A stretch of DNA of 34,992 nucleotides from a virus (taxonomy: Duplodnaviria > Caudoviricetes). The DNA lies in the IMG/VR virus record IMGVR_UViG_3300048598_000539, positions 1-34,992 of that record. One strand, given 5' to 3'. The notes beneath the pieces are model-generated. The model was not told the DNA's origin and did not search any database. It saw only the letters and a program-made list of their open reading frames with translations. Position numbers and translations under genes: made by a program. Each line of letters starts with the position of its first letter. Within the stretch, counting starts at the first letter, position 1. Shown here piece after piece: positions 23,736 through 34,293 of the stretch.

Positions 23736-24301
23736 TGATCGAGACCCTGGACCGCATCGGTCGCCGGATAGTGGACGTGGAGCTGCTCGACGAGCTTGGC
23801 GTCGTTGCCGAAGGCCTCATCGTCAAGGGCATCAAGACGGGATCCTGGGCGCCCAACGCGCCGCTGACTCAGGACGTGAAAGGGAACGCGAAGCCTCTCC
23901 AGGATAGCGGTTCTCTTATGGCCTCGATCGCCCATCGGGTCGAAGGCGGCAAGGCCATCGTGGGGACCAACCACGTCGCGGCCAGCCTCCTGCACAACGG
24001 CGGCGAGGTGACCGCAAAGAAGTCGAAGTATCTCGCCATACCCGCCGGGCGCGAGACTCGAACCTTCATGCGGCAGTACGGCCTCACGCCGCGCGCCTGC
24101 ATCGAGGGGATGAAGTCGGCAGGTTACCAGGTCTGGGTGGCGAAGTCGGTCATCATGGCCCGCAAGGGCAAGACCGGGAAGCCTCGTGCGCTCTTCCTGC
24201 TCAGGCGGAGCATCCACGTCCCGGCGCGGCCCTTTATGTCCCTGGGCGATCCGGGCCGTAAGGTGCTCGCGAGGGTAGCAGCCAGGAGGATATTCGCATG
24301 A
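23732..24301 (+). CDS. Virion morphogenesis/tail completion protein (Mu gpG-like)
   Basis: WAPNAPLT, PLQDSGSLMASI, VGTN, VPARPFM. Confidence 0.82.
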   Translation: MMIETLDRIGRRIVDVELLDELGVVAEGLIVKGIKTGSWAPNAPLTQDVKGNAKPLQDSGSLMASIAHRVEGGKAIVGTNHVAASLLHNGGEVTAKKSKYLAIPAGRETRTFMRQYGLTPRACIEGMKSAGYQVWVAKSVIMARKGKTGKPRALFLLRRSIHVPARPFMSLGDPGRKVLARVAARRIFA

Positions 24302-24723
24302 AAGCTTTCGAGGCGGTGAAGCTCTTCGAGGAGCAGCTCGCGCGAGGGACCGGCCTCAAGGTCGTCCTAATGCCCAACGCCCTGAAGGAACCGGGGATCC
24401 ATATCAAGCTGAGCTGCCGCAAGGTACTCAAGGAGAAGCTCGGCGCGAGGCCCACGGGAGAGCGGGAGATCCGGCTCTACGTCTACGTCGACGGGAGCGT
24501 CATCAGCGAGACGGGCCTCGGGCTGGCCTTGGACGCCTGCGAGTCCCTGGCGTCCTACCTCGCGGGCTGCTCGCGCCTCGAGGGTGCCTTGGGTGCTCCG
24601 ATCGCGAATACCCGCGTTGTCTCGACCACGAACGAAGGCGACGGGATCCTCCAGGATCCCGACAAGGACGAGGTGGCGTGGCTCGACGACCTCTATTTCG
24701 TCAGCATCATGATCCCCGCGTAA
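24298..24723 (+). CDS. Putative tail terminator
   Basis: Synteny, size and ATGA coupling. Confidence 0.5.
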   Translation: MKAFEAVKLFEEQLARGTGLKVVLMPNALKEPGIHIKLSCRKVLKEKLGARPTGEREIRLYVYVDGSVISETGLGLALDACESLASYLAGCSRLEGALGAPIANTRVVSTTNEGDGILQDPDKDEVAWLDDLYFVSIMIPA

Positions 24724-24734
24724 AGGAGTATCGA

Positions 24735-24971
24735 ATGATCAGCAAAGAGCTGTTGGCGGCCCGAGATCTCGTCAAGTCGAGCGTCTATGGCAAGGTCGCC
24801 GGAGGCGGAAAGAAGATCGTCGCCACGATCTACTCCTCCAAGAGCCTCGGCCTCGAGGAGCGCGAGGATATCGCTCCGACCGCAAAGAACGAGGATCAGA
24901 GCTCGGCCTCCACCCGCAGGGGGAGCGCCAGGGCATCCGGCGCCGGTAAGGGCGCCGACGATAGCGAGTAG
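24735..24971 (+). CDS. Hypothetical 78-aa protein
   Basis: ATG at 24735 with SD AAGGAG. Confidence 0.6.
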   Translation: MISKELLAARDLVKSSVYGKVAGGGKKIVATIYSSKSLGLEEREDIAPTAKNEDQSSASTRRGSARASGAGKGADDSE

Positions 24972-24983
24972 GAGGAGAGAATC

Positions 24984-25676
24984 ATGAGCGAGAACATCAC
25001 CCTCATCGGCGACGACGCCACGATCGAGGAAGTCACCCTGGGAACCGAGAAGACGGGCGACGCCACGAAGACCCTGGACGAGCTCGCGGGCGGCAGCGTG
25101 GGCTCCAAGAAGGGCAAGGGCGGCTGGATCATCACTGCCAAGGCCGCGGCGAGTTCGATCTTCGGCGACCTCATCGTCGGAGACTACTTCCCCGCCGACG
25201 GCGACGAGATCCCGGCCGTGGGCGACAAGGCCCAGTTCGTCACCGCCACCCCGCTGCTCGACTCCTCGGGCTTCTCCATGTCCTTCTCGGCCCAGGAGGT
25301 CGACATCACCCTCCTCCGGCACCGGGTCAAGAAGTACCGCAAGGGCAAGGCCGACGGCGAGGGCTCCCTCGAGGGCGTCTTCACCCTCCCCGAGACCGGC
25401 AAGGCCAACGGGCTCGTCAACCAGTTCCTCAAGGTCGTCCACAAGAGCGCGGCCGGCGTCATCACCGTGAGCGAGGTGAACTCCCATCCGCTCTACATCC
25501 GGGGCGTCATTCGCGACACCTCGACCGCGGGCGAGATCTACGCCTTCGTCTTCGCCCAGATCGAGCTCTTCGGCGTCAGCCTCGGCGGCAAGTCCGGGTC
25601 GAACCAGGCCTACACCTCGAAGTTCCGGTTCACCGGCGCCGACCCCGTCTACTACGAGGAGGAAATCGCCGCCTAA
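24984..25676 (+). CDS. Major tail tube protein
   Basis: Strong SD, strongly biased codons, beta-rich; precedes chaperone and tape measure genes. Confidence 0.72.
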   Translation: MSENITLIGDDATIEEVTLGTEKTGDATKTLDELAGGSVGSKKGKGGWIITAKAAASSIFGDLIVGDYFPADGDEIPAVGDKAQFVTATPLLDSSGFSMSFSAQEVDITLLRHRVKKYRKGKADGEGSLEGVFTLPETGKANGLVNQFLKVVHKSAAGVITVSEVNSHPLYIRGVIRDTSTAGEIYAFVFAQIELFGVSLGGKSGSNQAYTSKFRFTGADPVYYEEEIAA

Positions 25677-25744
25677 TCGCGGGATCCCGAGCATGACACG
25701 GGGCGCCGTTGGGCGCCCCGATATCGAGCAAGCAAGGAGAAACC

Positions 25745-26137
25745 ATGAAGATACTCGTCGAGTCCAAGCGCACCTTCATCCCCTTCTTCAACGGCAATCG
25801 GGACCTCCCGGAGGGCGAGCAGATCGTCGTTACCTACAAGGTCCCCGATCTCGCGCTAAAGTCGAGGCTTAAGCCGAAACCGAAGATGAAGTTCAACTTC
25901 GCCAATGATGGCCGGACTACCGGAGGGGAAACGGAGGTCTCCATCGATCAGATGGCCGTGGTGGCTGGGATGCTCATCTCGATCAAGGGCGCGTTCTACG
26001 AGAACGATAAGGGCGAGCAGAAGATCACGAACGCGACCGAGCTGCGGGCCTGTCCTCTCGAGTACGAGCCCCTCGTCGAAGAGCTCTACAATGAGTTTAC
26101 CAAAGAGCTCGACCGGGTCGTCGACGAAAAAAACTGA
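25745..26137 (+). CDS. Tail assembly chaperone (gpG-like)
   Basis: ATG at 25745 with SD AAGGAG; ends GAA AAA AAC TGA. Confidence 0.8.
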   Translation: MKILVESKRTFIPFFNGNRDLPEGEQIVVTYKVPDLALKSRLKPKPKMKFNFANDGRTTGGETEVSIDQMAVVAGMLISIKGAFYENDKGEQKITNATELRACPLEYEPLVEELYNEFTKELDRVVDEKN

Positions 26138-26508
26138 GGATCGCTTACCGGCTCTTCCGGGCCGGTAAGCACCTCCAGAAAGTCCGTCCGGGGCGAGAGA
26201 GGATCCTCATCGCCACCGGAGTCAAGGATGGCGAGGAGGAGATCTTCATCCATGCCGGGGAGGTCCAGTCTTACTTCACCGAAGAGTACTGGGACGCATA
26301 CGAGTTCTACGCCACGGGCGAGATCCTCGAGGCCCCTCCCTTTTCGGGCGGCTGGACCACCTGGCCGGCGATAGCCATGCAGACCTTGCTCCTGTTCAAG
26401 GCCGAGGCGAATCGCTGCGACAACGACGAGATCAAAGAGAAGACTGGCAAGACCGGGAAGACCGGGAAGACCGGGAAGAACAGATCGAGGGACGGCCGTG
26501 ACGACTGA
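26128..26508 (+). CDS. -1 frameshift extension of the tail chaperone (gpGT-like, ~254-aa fusion)
   Basis: Slippery A_AAA_AAC at 26128-26134; -1 frame open to TGA at 26506-26508 (LRIAYRLFRAG...PPFSGGWTTWP...). Confidence 0.8.
   Translation, partial: KKLRIAYRLFRAGKHLQKVRPGRERILIATGVKDGEEEIFIHAGEVQSYFTEEYWDAYEFYATGEILEAPPFSGGWTTWPAIAMQTLLLFKAEANRCDNDEIKEKTGKTGKTGKTGKNRSRDGRDD
26440..26479 (+). repeat. 9-bp tandem repeat (AAGACYGGS x4, encoding KTG x4)
   Basis: aagactggc aagaccggg aagaccggg aagaccggg aaga. Confidence 0.85.
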
Positions 26509-29500
26509 GCAGCTGAGGCTAGAGATTGAGGTGGCGGCGAAAGAGGCTCTGAAGAACCTCTCCGCCACCTCCGACGAATACAAGCGCCTCGCCAAGGAAG
26601 CCAAGGCCGCGGTCCCTCCGGCCAATGAGCTCAAGGACACAATGGCCCGCCTCCAGGCGGACCTCAAGAAGAACGAAACGGCCGCCAGGCTCTTCGACGA
26701 CAAGCTCGGAGGGCTCAAGGAGCGCCAGGCTCTCCTCCGGGGCGCGATGCTCGACCTCATCGACAAAGGTATCGCCCCCGAAGCCAAGGAGATGCAGCAC
26801 CTCAAGCTCGAGTACGACGCCGCGGCGATCGCCTCGAAGGAGCTGGAGACCCGGACCGGGACCATGTCCGGATCCTTCGCGGATCTCCAGAGTTCCCTCG
26901 GGGCGATCGGAGCCGTCAAAGCCTTCACCACCGTCGCCACCGGAGTACTCGACGCCGGCAAGGCCGCCGTTCAGACTGCCGGCGACTACGAAATGCTCAA
27001 GGCCAACTTCGAGACACTCACGGGGTCCACGGCCGCGGCGACGGCCGAATTCAATCAGCTGAAACAATTCGCCAACGTCACGCCATTCGACCTCCAGGGC
27101 GTCGCCAAGAGCGCGCAGATACTCCAGGCCGCGAAGGTCCCCGTCGAGGACCTCACGCTGCGCCTCGGGCAGCTCGGAGACCTATCCCTCGGCAACAATC
27201 AGAAGTTCGAGTCCATGGTCGGCGCCTTCTCCAAGATGGCGATCAAGGGGAAAGTCGACCTCGAGCAGCTGAACATCGTCATGGAGTCAGGCGTCCCCAT
27301 CCTGGACGAGCTTGCCAAGGGCTACGGTAAGACCAGCGAGGAAGTCTTCGACATGCTCTCCAAGGGCAAGGTCTCGACCGAGGACTTCATCAAGGCCATG
27401 GAGAGAATGACGAGCGAGGGCGGGCAGTTCTTCGGCGGCATGGCCCGCGGCGCCCAGACCTATACGGGCGTCCTCTCGACCTACAAGGATTCGATCGACG
27501 GCGTAAGAGCTTCTTTCGGGGAGCTCATGCTGCCTGCCGTGAAGGCGGTACTCGGAGCGCTGACAAGCCTCAACTCCGCTATCGCATCCTCGCCGCTCCT
27601 CAAGGGAGTGCTCGCCGGAGTACTCGTGACGGCCGTGGCTCTTCTCGGGGCCTGGGCCGTGGCCATGGCGGCATCGGTCGTCAAGACCTGGCTCGCCTAC
27701 GCCGCCGAGATGGCGCTCAACGCAGCTCGAGCCGTTGGCAACCCTCTCCTCCTGGCGGCGATCGCCGCCGTCGGAGTGGCCACGGCGGGATATATCGCCT
27801 ACGCATCGGCGCAAGGTAAGGCGACCGAGGCCGCTGCCGCCGGCGCCGCACAGGCGAAGCTTACGGAAGCTGCCTATAAGGACATGTCAATCGCTATGCG
27901 AGAGGCCACTACGAAAAGCGGTAACACGGCCGCGGCTCAAGAGGCAGTGGAGAAGCTCCGATCGCTCAAGGCCGAGCTCGTGAACTTGGAGAGGCAGGCG
28001 GCCTCGTCGGGATCTTCGCTCTCAAGCTCGCTGGGAAGAGTAAACTCAATCTTGGCGGACAAGATAAATCCCAATCCAAAAAATTTGTGGGAAGGTTTCA
28101 GAACGGAAGCGGAGAAAGTTAAGGCTGCCGTACAAGCGATAAATGACATATCAGATAAGGATGTCGTCAACGCGATTAAGCGCTCGAAGCAATACCAGGA
28201 TGCGGTCGCGAAGGGATCGTCCACGGCGATCGCTGCGGCGCTGAAGACCATCAACGGAACTGACGCGAAGGTCCAGGCTCGGATCGAGGCTATAAAGGCA
28301 GAGATAGAAAAAATTGAATCCGGCGTCACGATCACGCCGAAGGTTGAGGATCCCAAACCATCCACTCTCTCCGACGACGCCAAGAAGTGGATCGAGGCCT
28401 GGAACAAGGCCTACGCTGACGCTCAGGCTGCCGCATCCTCGAATCCCTACGCCAGCCTCGACAACGAGAAGGCGCAGAAGCTTGCTGACGCAGCGGCTAA
28501 TGGTGTGACGACCGCGACTGCAAAAGAGACCATCGACGAGATCAACGCCTACTACGCCTCGAAGCGCAAGGCGCTCGCCGGCAAGCTCGCCGCCGAGGAA
28601 CAGGCCGCCCTCGCCAAGCTCACAGACACGAAGCTCGACGACCTGAATCTTGAGCAGGCCGCGCAGATCGCCAGCCTCAACGACCTCGAGACCAAGGCCC
28701 TCGCTGCCGAGGACCTCACCCAGGCGGAAATCTCCGCAATCACGGCCAAATATGCGGCGATGCGCGCGACCGTCAACGAGCGCTACGCGAAACAGTACTA
28801 CGACACCCAGACCAAGGAAGCCGCGGAAGCTGCCGCCGCAGCCTTCGACCTGGCGAATAAAGAGCGCGCTGCAGCCGCCATGGTTTCTGATTCCAAGATA
28901 GACGACCTAGAGCTGCAGCGGGACAGAGAGCTATCCATCGCGGCGGCGCGTATGGATTCTGAAGATCAGATCGCAAGGCTGCGCATGTCGTGGGACGAGC
29001 GCATCGCGAAGCAGGAGCTCGAGGACGCGCGGACCTACTTCGCAAGGCGGAAGGAATGGGCGCAGGATCAGGGAAATGTCGGGGCCTATATTGGCGCCTC
29101 CACGGGAGAGGCGATCCAGGGCACCGAAGTCGGATCGATGATAGGCATGGGAGGCGGTAACCCATGGATAGCTCTCGCCGCGATAGTGGTGAAGGTCGCG
29201 ACCTCGCTCGAATCGTTCCAGAAGACCTTCAATGGGATATCAGGCCTCATTAAGGCTACGGCCGAGGTGGTAGAGCCAATCCTCAATTCCGGCATCGATG
29301 AGATGCTCGGGATCCTCACCGACATGTTCGAGGAGCTCGGCAAGGTCGGACTCCCGCTAACGAACATCTTCCTTGTCGCGCTTAAGGGAGTCGCTTTCGT
29401 CCTTGAGACCCTTCAGCCCATTATCAAGTTCATCGGTTGGGCGTTCACGTGGTTGAACGACTACGTAATCGTCCCGGTCGGCAATGCGATAATCGCAGTG

Positions 29501-30301
29501 ATTAACATCGTCATAAAGGGCATTAATGCCTTGTTCGGTTGGATGGGAGTCAGCCTCGATCAGCTCGGCTACCTGAAGAACTCGAAGCAAGCTGCGGAAG
29601 AGCAGGCGGAAATCGCGGAAAAGCTCAAAGCGGTTAACGCTCAGATAGAGGCGGTCACCGAGCTCTTTACGAAGAAAAAACAAGAGCTGAAGGATGCCTA
29701 CGATAAGAACGTGGGCGCCTTGAGGAACCTCCTGGAGCTTGGCGCCATCACCGAATCCGATTACGCCTCCCGAATAGCAAAAGCCAATGATGACTATGAC
29801 AAGACCTTGGCTGATTTGCAGTCGCAGGAAGACGCCCAGCTCGCGGCCCTCGAGGCCATTAGGGATCAGCTGCAGAGTGGAATAAACGTCGATGTCGACA
29901 ACAAAGTCGATCTGGCCGATGCAATGGCCGATGCGTTTAAGGAGTTCTTTAAGGGTGTAGGCGGTGGAGTTAGCGACTTCTTCGGCGAGATCGGAGGTTG
30001 GTTCAAGGACGTTGGAGATGGCATTGCGGATTTCTTCGGTTTCGACGTTGGAGCGGTCGAGATCCCTCATGACATGCCCGCGAAAGTTCATAAGGGCGAG
30101 ATCATTGTACCTAAATCTTTCTCCGATGGCCTGCGCAATGGCGACCTTACCCTCGGCAGCGGCAAGGGCGGAACATCCGTCTATTACCAGACGACGGTTC
30201 ACGTCGCCGGCAGCGTGCTCGCCGAGAACGACCTAGCAGACAAGATCACCCGAACGCAGGCTCGCCGGAAGCACCGCGGGGCGTTGGAGACAGACGAATG
30301 A
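26498..30301 (+). CDS. Tape measure protein
   Basis: 1267 aa, Ala-rich and helical; FANVTPFDL, GKVDLEQLN..GVPI and EGGQFFGGM tape-measure domain motifs. Confidence 0.92.
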   Translation: MTTEQLRLEIEVAAKEALKNLSATSDEYKRLAKEAKAAVPPANELKDTMARLQADLKKNETAARLFDDKLGGLKERQALLRGAMLDLIDKGIAPEAKEMQHLKLEYDAAAIASKELETRTGTMSGSFADLQSSLGAIGAVKAFTTVATGVLDAGKAAVQTAGDYEMLKANFETLTGSTAAATAEFNQLKQFANVTPFDLQGVAKSAQILQAAKVPVEDLTLRLGQLGDLSLGNNQKFESMVGAFSKMAIKGKVDLEQLNIVMESGVPILDELAKGYGKTSEEVFDMLSKGKVSTEDFIKAMERMTSEGGQFFGGMARGAQTYTGVLSTYKDSIDGVRASFGELMLPAVKAVLGALTSLNSAIASSPLLKGVLAGVLVTAVALLGAWAVAMAASVVKTWLAYAAEMALNAARAVGNPLLLAAIAAVGVATAGYIAYASAQGKATEAAAAGAAQAKLTEAAYKDMSIAMREATTKSGNTAAAQEAVEKLRSLKAELVNLERQAASSGSSLSSSLGRVNSILADKINPNPKNLWEGFRTEAEKVKAAVQAINDISDKDVVNAIKRSKQYQDAVAKGSSTAIAAALKTINGTDAKVQARIEAIKAEIEKIESGVTITPKVEDPKPSTLSDDAKKWIEAWNKAYADAQAAASSNPYASLDNEKAQKLADAAANGVTTATAKETIDEINAYYASKRKALAGKLAAEEQAALAKLTDTKLDDLNLEQAAQIASLNDLETKALAAEDLTQAEISAITAKYAAMRATVNERYAKQYYDTQTKEAAEAAAAAFDLANKERAAAAMVSDSKIDDLELQRDRELSIAAARMDSEDQIARLRMSWDERIAKQELEDARTYFARRKEWAQDQGNVGAYIGASTGEAIQGTEVGSMIGMGGGNPWIALAAIVVKVATSLESFQKTFNGISGLIKATAEVVEPILNSGIDEMLGILTDMFEELGKVGLPLTNIFLVALKGVAFVLETLQPIIKFIGWAFTWLNDYVIVPVGNAIIAVINIVIKGINALFGWMGVSLDQLGYLKNSKQAAEEQAEIAEKLKAVNAQIEAVTELFTKKKQELKDAYDKNVGALRNLLELGAITESDYASRIAKANDDYDKTLADLQSQEDAQLAALEAIRDQLQSGINVDVDNKVDLADAMADAFKEFFKGVGGGVSDFFGEIGGWFKDVGDGIADFFGFDVGAVEIPHDMPAKVHKGEIIVPKSFSDGLRNGDLTLGSGKGGTSVYYQTTVHVAGSVLAENDLADKITRTQARRKHRGALETDE

Positions 30302-33300
30302 GCATGGATACCGTCACCATCGACCTCGTGGATGGGGAGGGCGAACGGGATATATCCAACTACCTGATGTCGGCGATCCCGACTGATCGGCTCTGTTCGG
30401 AATCCTTCAAACGGGCGGCGCAGGAGTGCTCGTTCTTGTTCATCTATTCCGCTGAGCTCCTTGCCCTCCTTGCCCAGATGACGAGCTCCTCGCCTATCCG
30501 TCTTTATAGGGATGGCGAGTGCATATTTACTGGGAGAATCCCTCCCACAATTAGCCTCGAGTCCAATGGGGCAGGGCTCCCCGATCCCGATGTCTCCCCT
30601 ATTAGCATCGACGCCGAAGACCTATCCATACTGCTCGATCGGGAGATCACCGCAGACGACGAAGTCGCCTATCGTAACTACTTCGTGTGCGATCCTGCTA
30701 ATCCCGGCATTTCGATTACTCACCGCCTGCTAGGTCTCGCTGGGATCTCCGGGGCCGTCTTGGACATCACCGAGATCGAACGCACCACCCTTCTTGGATT
30801 CGCAAAGGATTCCGGAACGGTGGGCGACGCTCTCGATGAACTCCTATACGAGTACGGCATGGTACTTAGGCAGAAGCCGGACGGATCCTTCATGGTGTTT
30901 CGTTGGCTTGTAGAGACTCCCGAGGCGCCCGAATCCTTCGACGAATCGAAAATCATCGCTCCGCTTAGAGCGGAGCGCATAGAACGCGAGGCCGATGCTG
31001 TCGAGGTCGCATGGAACGCCTTAAAGGAAAAAGAAGACTGCCTCGTGTACATGGCCGACTTGCCATATGGAGATGATAATCAACGAAGCGGCTATCCGAT
31101 TCAGCCCGGACTGCTCTGGCCTGAAGAATCCAACGTAGAAGACACCTGGTTCGACTACCAGGATACAGCCCTCGCCAAGAAGGTCTCGACAGCCGGGACT
31201 CTGACAAAGAATACGGACTTCACCCAGATAGTAATGACAAGGAATCACTACATCGATTCAAAGGTCGATGCTGGAGTGCTTGTCTCGGTAGGCCCCTTTT
31301 TCCAAAACATGCGGGGGCGGGTCGCATATTCCAACCCGACCGCAGGCCCCCTTAATATCTACTACTGCGACATCTACGCCGATGCCATCTATCGCGCGGC
31401 CGAAAATCTAGTCACGAAGAACATCGTCGAGCCTCCATCGAAGACCCTCAAGGTGACGGCCCTGCATCTCCATGATTCGGTCTCCGCGACCAGGTTCGCC
31501 TGCGCTCTCGCAGATCTCGTCTATGGGAATGCTTGCTGGCGATACACGTTCTCCTCCGAGACGAAATTCGCCCTGGGGGCAGTCGGATCCTTGAGCGATC
31601 CCTATTCTGGCATCGCCACCACGGCGATCATCATCGAGAGGACCCTAGATCCCGAAACGGACCTTTATTCATACAAGGCTATTTCCGTCGCGCCAGTCAT
31701 CATCAATCCGACAGCGACCTATGTAGCCATCCCTCCCGTGTCTCCCACGTCGAAAAGCGAGAGCCTGAACAACCGGGTCGACAACCTCCCGACCTATGCA
31801 GCCCTGCAGCAGGGATACAATAGATCAGGAGGGACCACCACTCCCGACGTCCCGTCGATCATCGCACAATCTGGGTTCCGCGCCGTGACGCTCGTGTCCG
31901 ACAAGCAGGCGGCCCTCACCAACCTGGCGGCCTATGAGTGGCAGGTTGCTCCGTCGGCCGCGGGGCCGTGGTATTCCCTCCGTTGGGACGGGTTCGATTA
32001 CAAGGGGTCGGAGGGATCCTGGACGAGTTCTCCGGGCGAGGCCTTCGTACATCCGAATATCCCGCTCGCCGGCACCGCCAGCGATCCTCTTGCTCGAGTG
32101 CTCTGGTACAGAGCTCGTCGGCTTACAAAGGCCGCGCTGCGTTCTGAGTGGTCGACGCCAGTTCAAGGGGTCGCCTCGCAGATCCAGACTGGCGATATCG
32201 CCGCCAACGCCGTCACCGCGAACAAGCTCGCAGCGGGCATCGTCGAGACCCTACAGGCGGTTATCGAGGGCGACGTCATCATCGACAAGGATCGCGGCTT
32301 CCTGGCCGGCGACTCGGGCGAGGTAGACGGAAACCAGCAAGCCCACCTAACAGAGGAAGAGGTTGCCTTTCAGCGATACTACAATGGCGCGTGGCACACC
32401 CTCGTCAAGCTGGCCCTCGAGGGTCTCTACGCGCAGCAGTGTTACTCCGACGGCCCCCTGATAATCTCCAACGGAACAAACGCAACCAGGCGGGCTAGGG
32501 GATTTGACCTCGGACGGCCTTACCCCTCAAATGCGGCGCGGGTCTACCACTTAGACGGAGACATAATAGATCAGCTCGGGGTAGCTGGATGGACCATCGA
32601 CGGAAACTACTCATTCGACGCTGCGGACTTCGCTATTCTTGCCATGGCTCCTTTTACGGTCGGAGGAGCCTGCATGATCGGAGCCATGAGCCTGACCATG
32701 AGCCTGGGGGCGGAGCTCTTCGGAGACTGGTGGGTCGACTTTTGGGTGAAGCTCCCCGAGGTCGTCGACAACTTCGACATCGTCAGCGTCGGCAATTCGA
32801 CCGACGGTGTGAGGCTCCGCTTCCTGGAGTCCGCTATCGAGTACACCGATCCGGGGACCTCAGGAGAGACCGAGTACACCGACCCGGCGGCCTCTGGAGA
32901 AAAAGCCTATACGTCCGCCAAGGCCGACACCGACCTCTCCATAGTCGTGATGAGGAACGGCGTCCCGTCCTCGACGCGAAAGCTGATAGGCCGCAGCAAG
33001 TGGGTCCACGTCGCCCTGGGATACATAGCGGCCAGTAACGAGCTTCATGCGGTCCTGGGCGATGAGAACGTCAATCTCGGGACCTTGTACACGGCCGGCG
33101 CTCCGGCGATGAGCCTCGTGTTCAACGGAGGCAAGACCTCCTCGATGAAGTTCGACGAGGTTTTTTATGATGTGACCAAGCCGATAAACGTGGCCACTTC
33201 TATTGCTCAATCCTCCGCACGTATTCCTTGGGCTGCACTTGATTACACTACTCGCCGTATGTACATCGATCCGTATGATCGAGTGCAGGTCTACGGGCTA

Positions 33301-33633
33301 ATAGGACCCGATGATGGCTTGCGGTGTGTGGGAGATCCAAATCAGCCGGCATTCCAGAACGGCTGGAAAAATCATGCGGATTTCATCAATACGGCTTTTA
33401 TGAAAACCGCAGACGGTTTTGTTTACCTACAGGGCGTAGTTGTCGGTGGTACCGCTGACTCGGTCATATTTACATTGCCCGTCGGGTACAGGCCGCCAAA
33501 ATCAATAGTATTCGCGTGTGTCGGAGCCGCCGCCGTTAAATGGCTGTATGTATATCCAGACGGAAGAGTGCAGCAAGGTGGAGGGGCGGCGGTTGATTTT
33601 GAGTTCTTTGCGCAGTTTTATGTTGGCTGGTGA
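30298..33633 (+). CDS. Large tail-tip/hub protein with FN3-like, LamG-like and C-terminal receptor-binding-like domains
   Basis: Follows the tape measure gene; IFTGRI, WYRARR..SEWS, WWVDFWVK/KWVHVAL/FDEV, FQNGW...IFTLPVGYRP. Confidence 0.72.
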   Translation: MSMDTVTIDLVDGEGERDISNYLMSAIPTDRLCSESFKRAAQECSFLFIYSAELLALLAQMTSSSPIRLYRDGECIFTGRIPPTISLESNGAGLPDPDVSPISIDAEDLSILLDREITADDEVAYRNYFVCDPANPGISITHRLLGLAGISGAVLDITEIERTTLLGFAKDSGTVGDALDELLYEYGMVLRQKPDGSFMVFRWLVETPEAPESFDESKIIAPLRAERIEREADAVEVAWNALKEKEDCLVYMADLPYGDDNQRSGYPIQPGLLWPEESNVEDTWFDYQDTALAKKVSTAGTLTKNTDFTQIVMTRNHYIDSKVDAGVLVSVGPFFQNMRGRVAYSNPTAGPLNIYYCDIYADAIYRAAENLVTKNIVEPPSKTLKVTALHLHDSVSATRFACALADLVYGNACWRYTFSSETKFALGAVGSLSDPYSGIATTAIIIERTLDPETDLYSYKAISVAPVIINPTATYVAIPPVSPTSKSESLNNRVDNLPTYAALQQGYNRSGGTTTPDVPSIIAQSGFRAVTLVSDKQAALTNLAAYEWQVAPSAAGPWYSLRWDGFDYKGSEGSWTSSPGEAFVHPNIPLAGTASDPLARVLWYRARRLTKAALRSEWSTPVQGVASQIQTGDIAANAVTANKLAAGIVETLQAVIEGDVIIDKDRGFLAGDSGEVDGNQQAHLTEEEVAFQRYYNGAWHTLVKLALEGLYAQQCYSDGPLIISNGTNATRRARGFDLGRPYPSNAARVYHLDGDIIDQLGVAGWTIDGNYSFDAADFAILAMAPFTVGGACMIGAMSLTMSLGAELFGDWWVDFWVKLPEVVDNFDIVSVGNSTDGVRLRFLESAIEYTDPGTSGETEYTDPAASGEKAYTSAKADTDLSIVVMRNGVPSSTRKLIGRSKWVHVALGYIAASNELHAVLGDENVNLGTLYTAGAPAMSLVFNGGKTSSMKFDEVFYDVTKPINVATSIAQSSARIPWAALDYTTRRMYIDPYDRVQVYGLIGPDDGLRCVGDPNQPAFQNGWKNHADFINTAFMKTADGFVYLQGVVVGGTADSVIFTLPVGYRPPKSIVFACVGAAAVKWLYVYPDGRVQQGGGAAVDFEFFAQFYVGW
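32839..32913 (+). repeat. 33-bp imperfect tandem repeat (EYTDPGTSGET / EYTDPAASGEK / AYT)
   Basis: Units start at 32839, 32872 and 32905. Confidence 0.75.
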
Positions 33634-33679
33634 CAACCGGCGTCTTTCTTGATGGACAAAGTGTAATGCTGGAGGATAT

Positions 33680-34279
33680 ATGGGCGGAATAGATACTTCA
33701 CTAATAAAAAAGCCGGAGAGCTACGGAGTATACGGCACGGCGCTTGGTCGTTCGCTGCTTCCGTCCGAGGTTCACGGGAATCTCGACGTCATAGTTGCCG
33801 CGATCCAGAGTATGTGCGGGAGCCTCTCGCCTGCGCAGTTCGGGTCGCGCTACGGTGACGCGACTAAACAATGGACTCCTCAAGGAACCGTGTATAAGCA
33901 GTACCCTGGCATGGCCGCGCCGACGGACCTGTATATGGGGACGTGGGAGTATTTCGGTCAGGCTGGATCCACCTACGCCTCCAAGAACGGCCACTTCGAG
34001 CGCGCGGAGGGCGGCAACGCTTCGGCGTTTGGCGCGGGCGAGCAGGGTGACGCGATTCGGAATATCACCGGAACGATAACCTTCGTGAACCGCGCCTGTT
34101 TCCAGAGCGCAGCCGGAGCATTCGGCGCCAGCGGGTCCGGCCAGCGCCCGTCTAACGGCGAGGACTCCTACAAGCAGGTGGCCAACTTCAACGCTGGCTA
34201 TCAAGTCCCTACCGCTGTTGAAAACCGCAGCATCAACGAGACCGTGCGTATTTGGATATGCACTGGAGCTCCGGCATAA
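33680..34279 (+). CDS. Short tail fibre protein
   Basis: QGDAIRNITG...FNAGYQVPTAVENRSIN fibre-tip motif. Confidence 0.75.
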   Translation: MGGIDTSLIKKPESYGVYGTALGRSLLPSEVHGNLDVIVAAIQSMCGSLSPAQFGSRYGDATKQWTPQGTVYKQYPGMAAPTDLYMGTWEYFGQAGSTYASKNGHFERAEGGNASAFGAGEQGDAIRNITGTITFVNRACFQSAAGAFGASGSGQRPSNGEDSYKQVANFNAGYQVPTAVENRSINETVRIWICTGAPA

Positions 34280-34293
34280 AAAGGAGACAATAG

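Noticed and set aside
25699-25720. Perfect 9-bp GC hairpin after the tail tube gene as a terminator
   Set aside because: No U tract; more likely an mRNA-stabilising hairpin.
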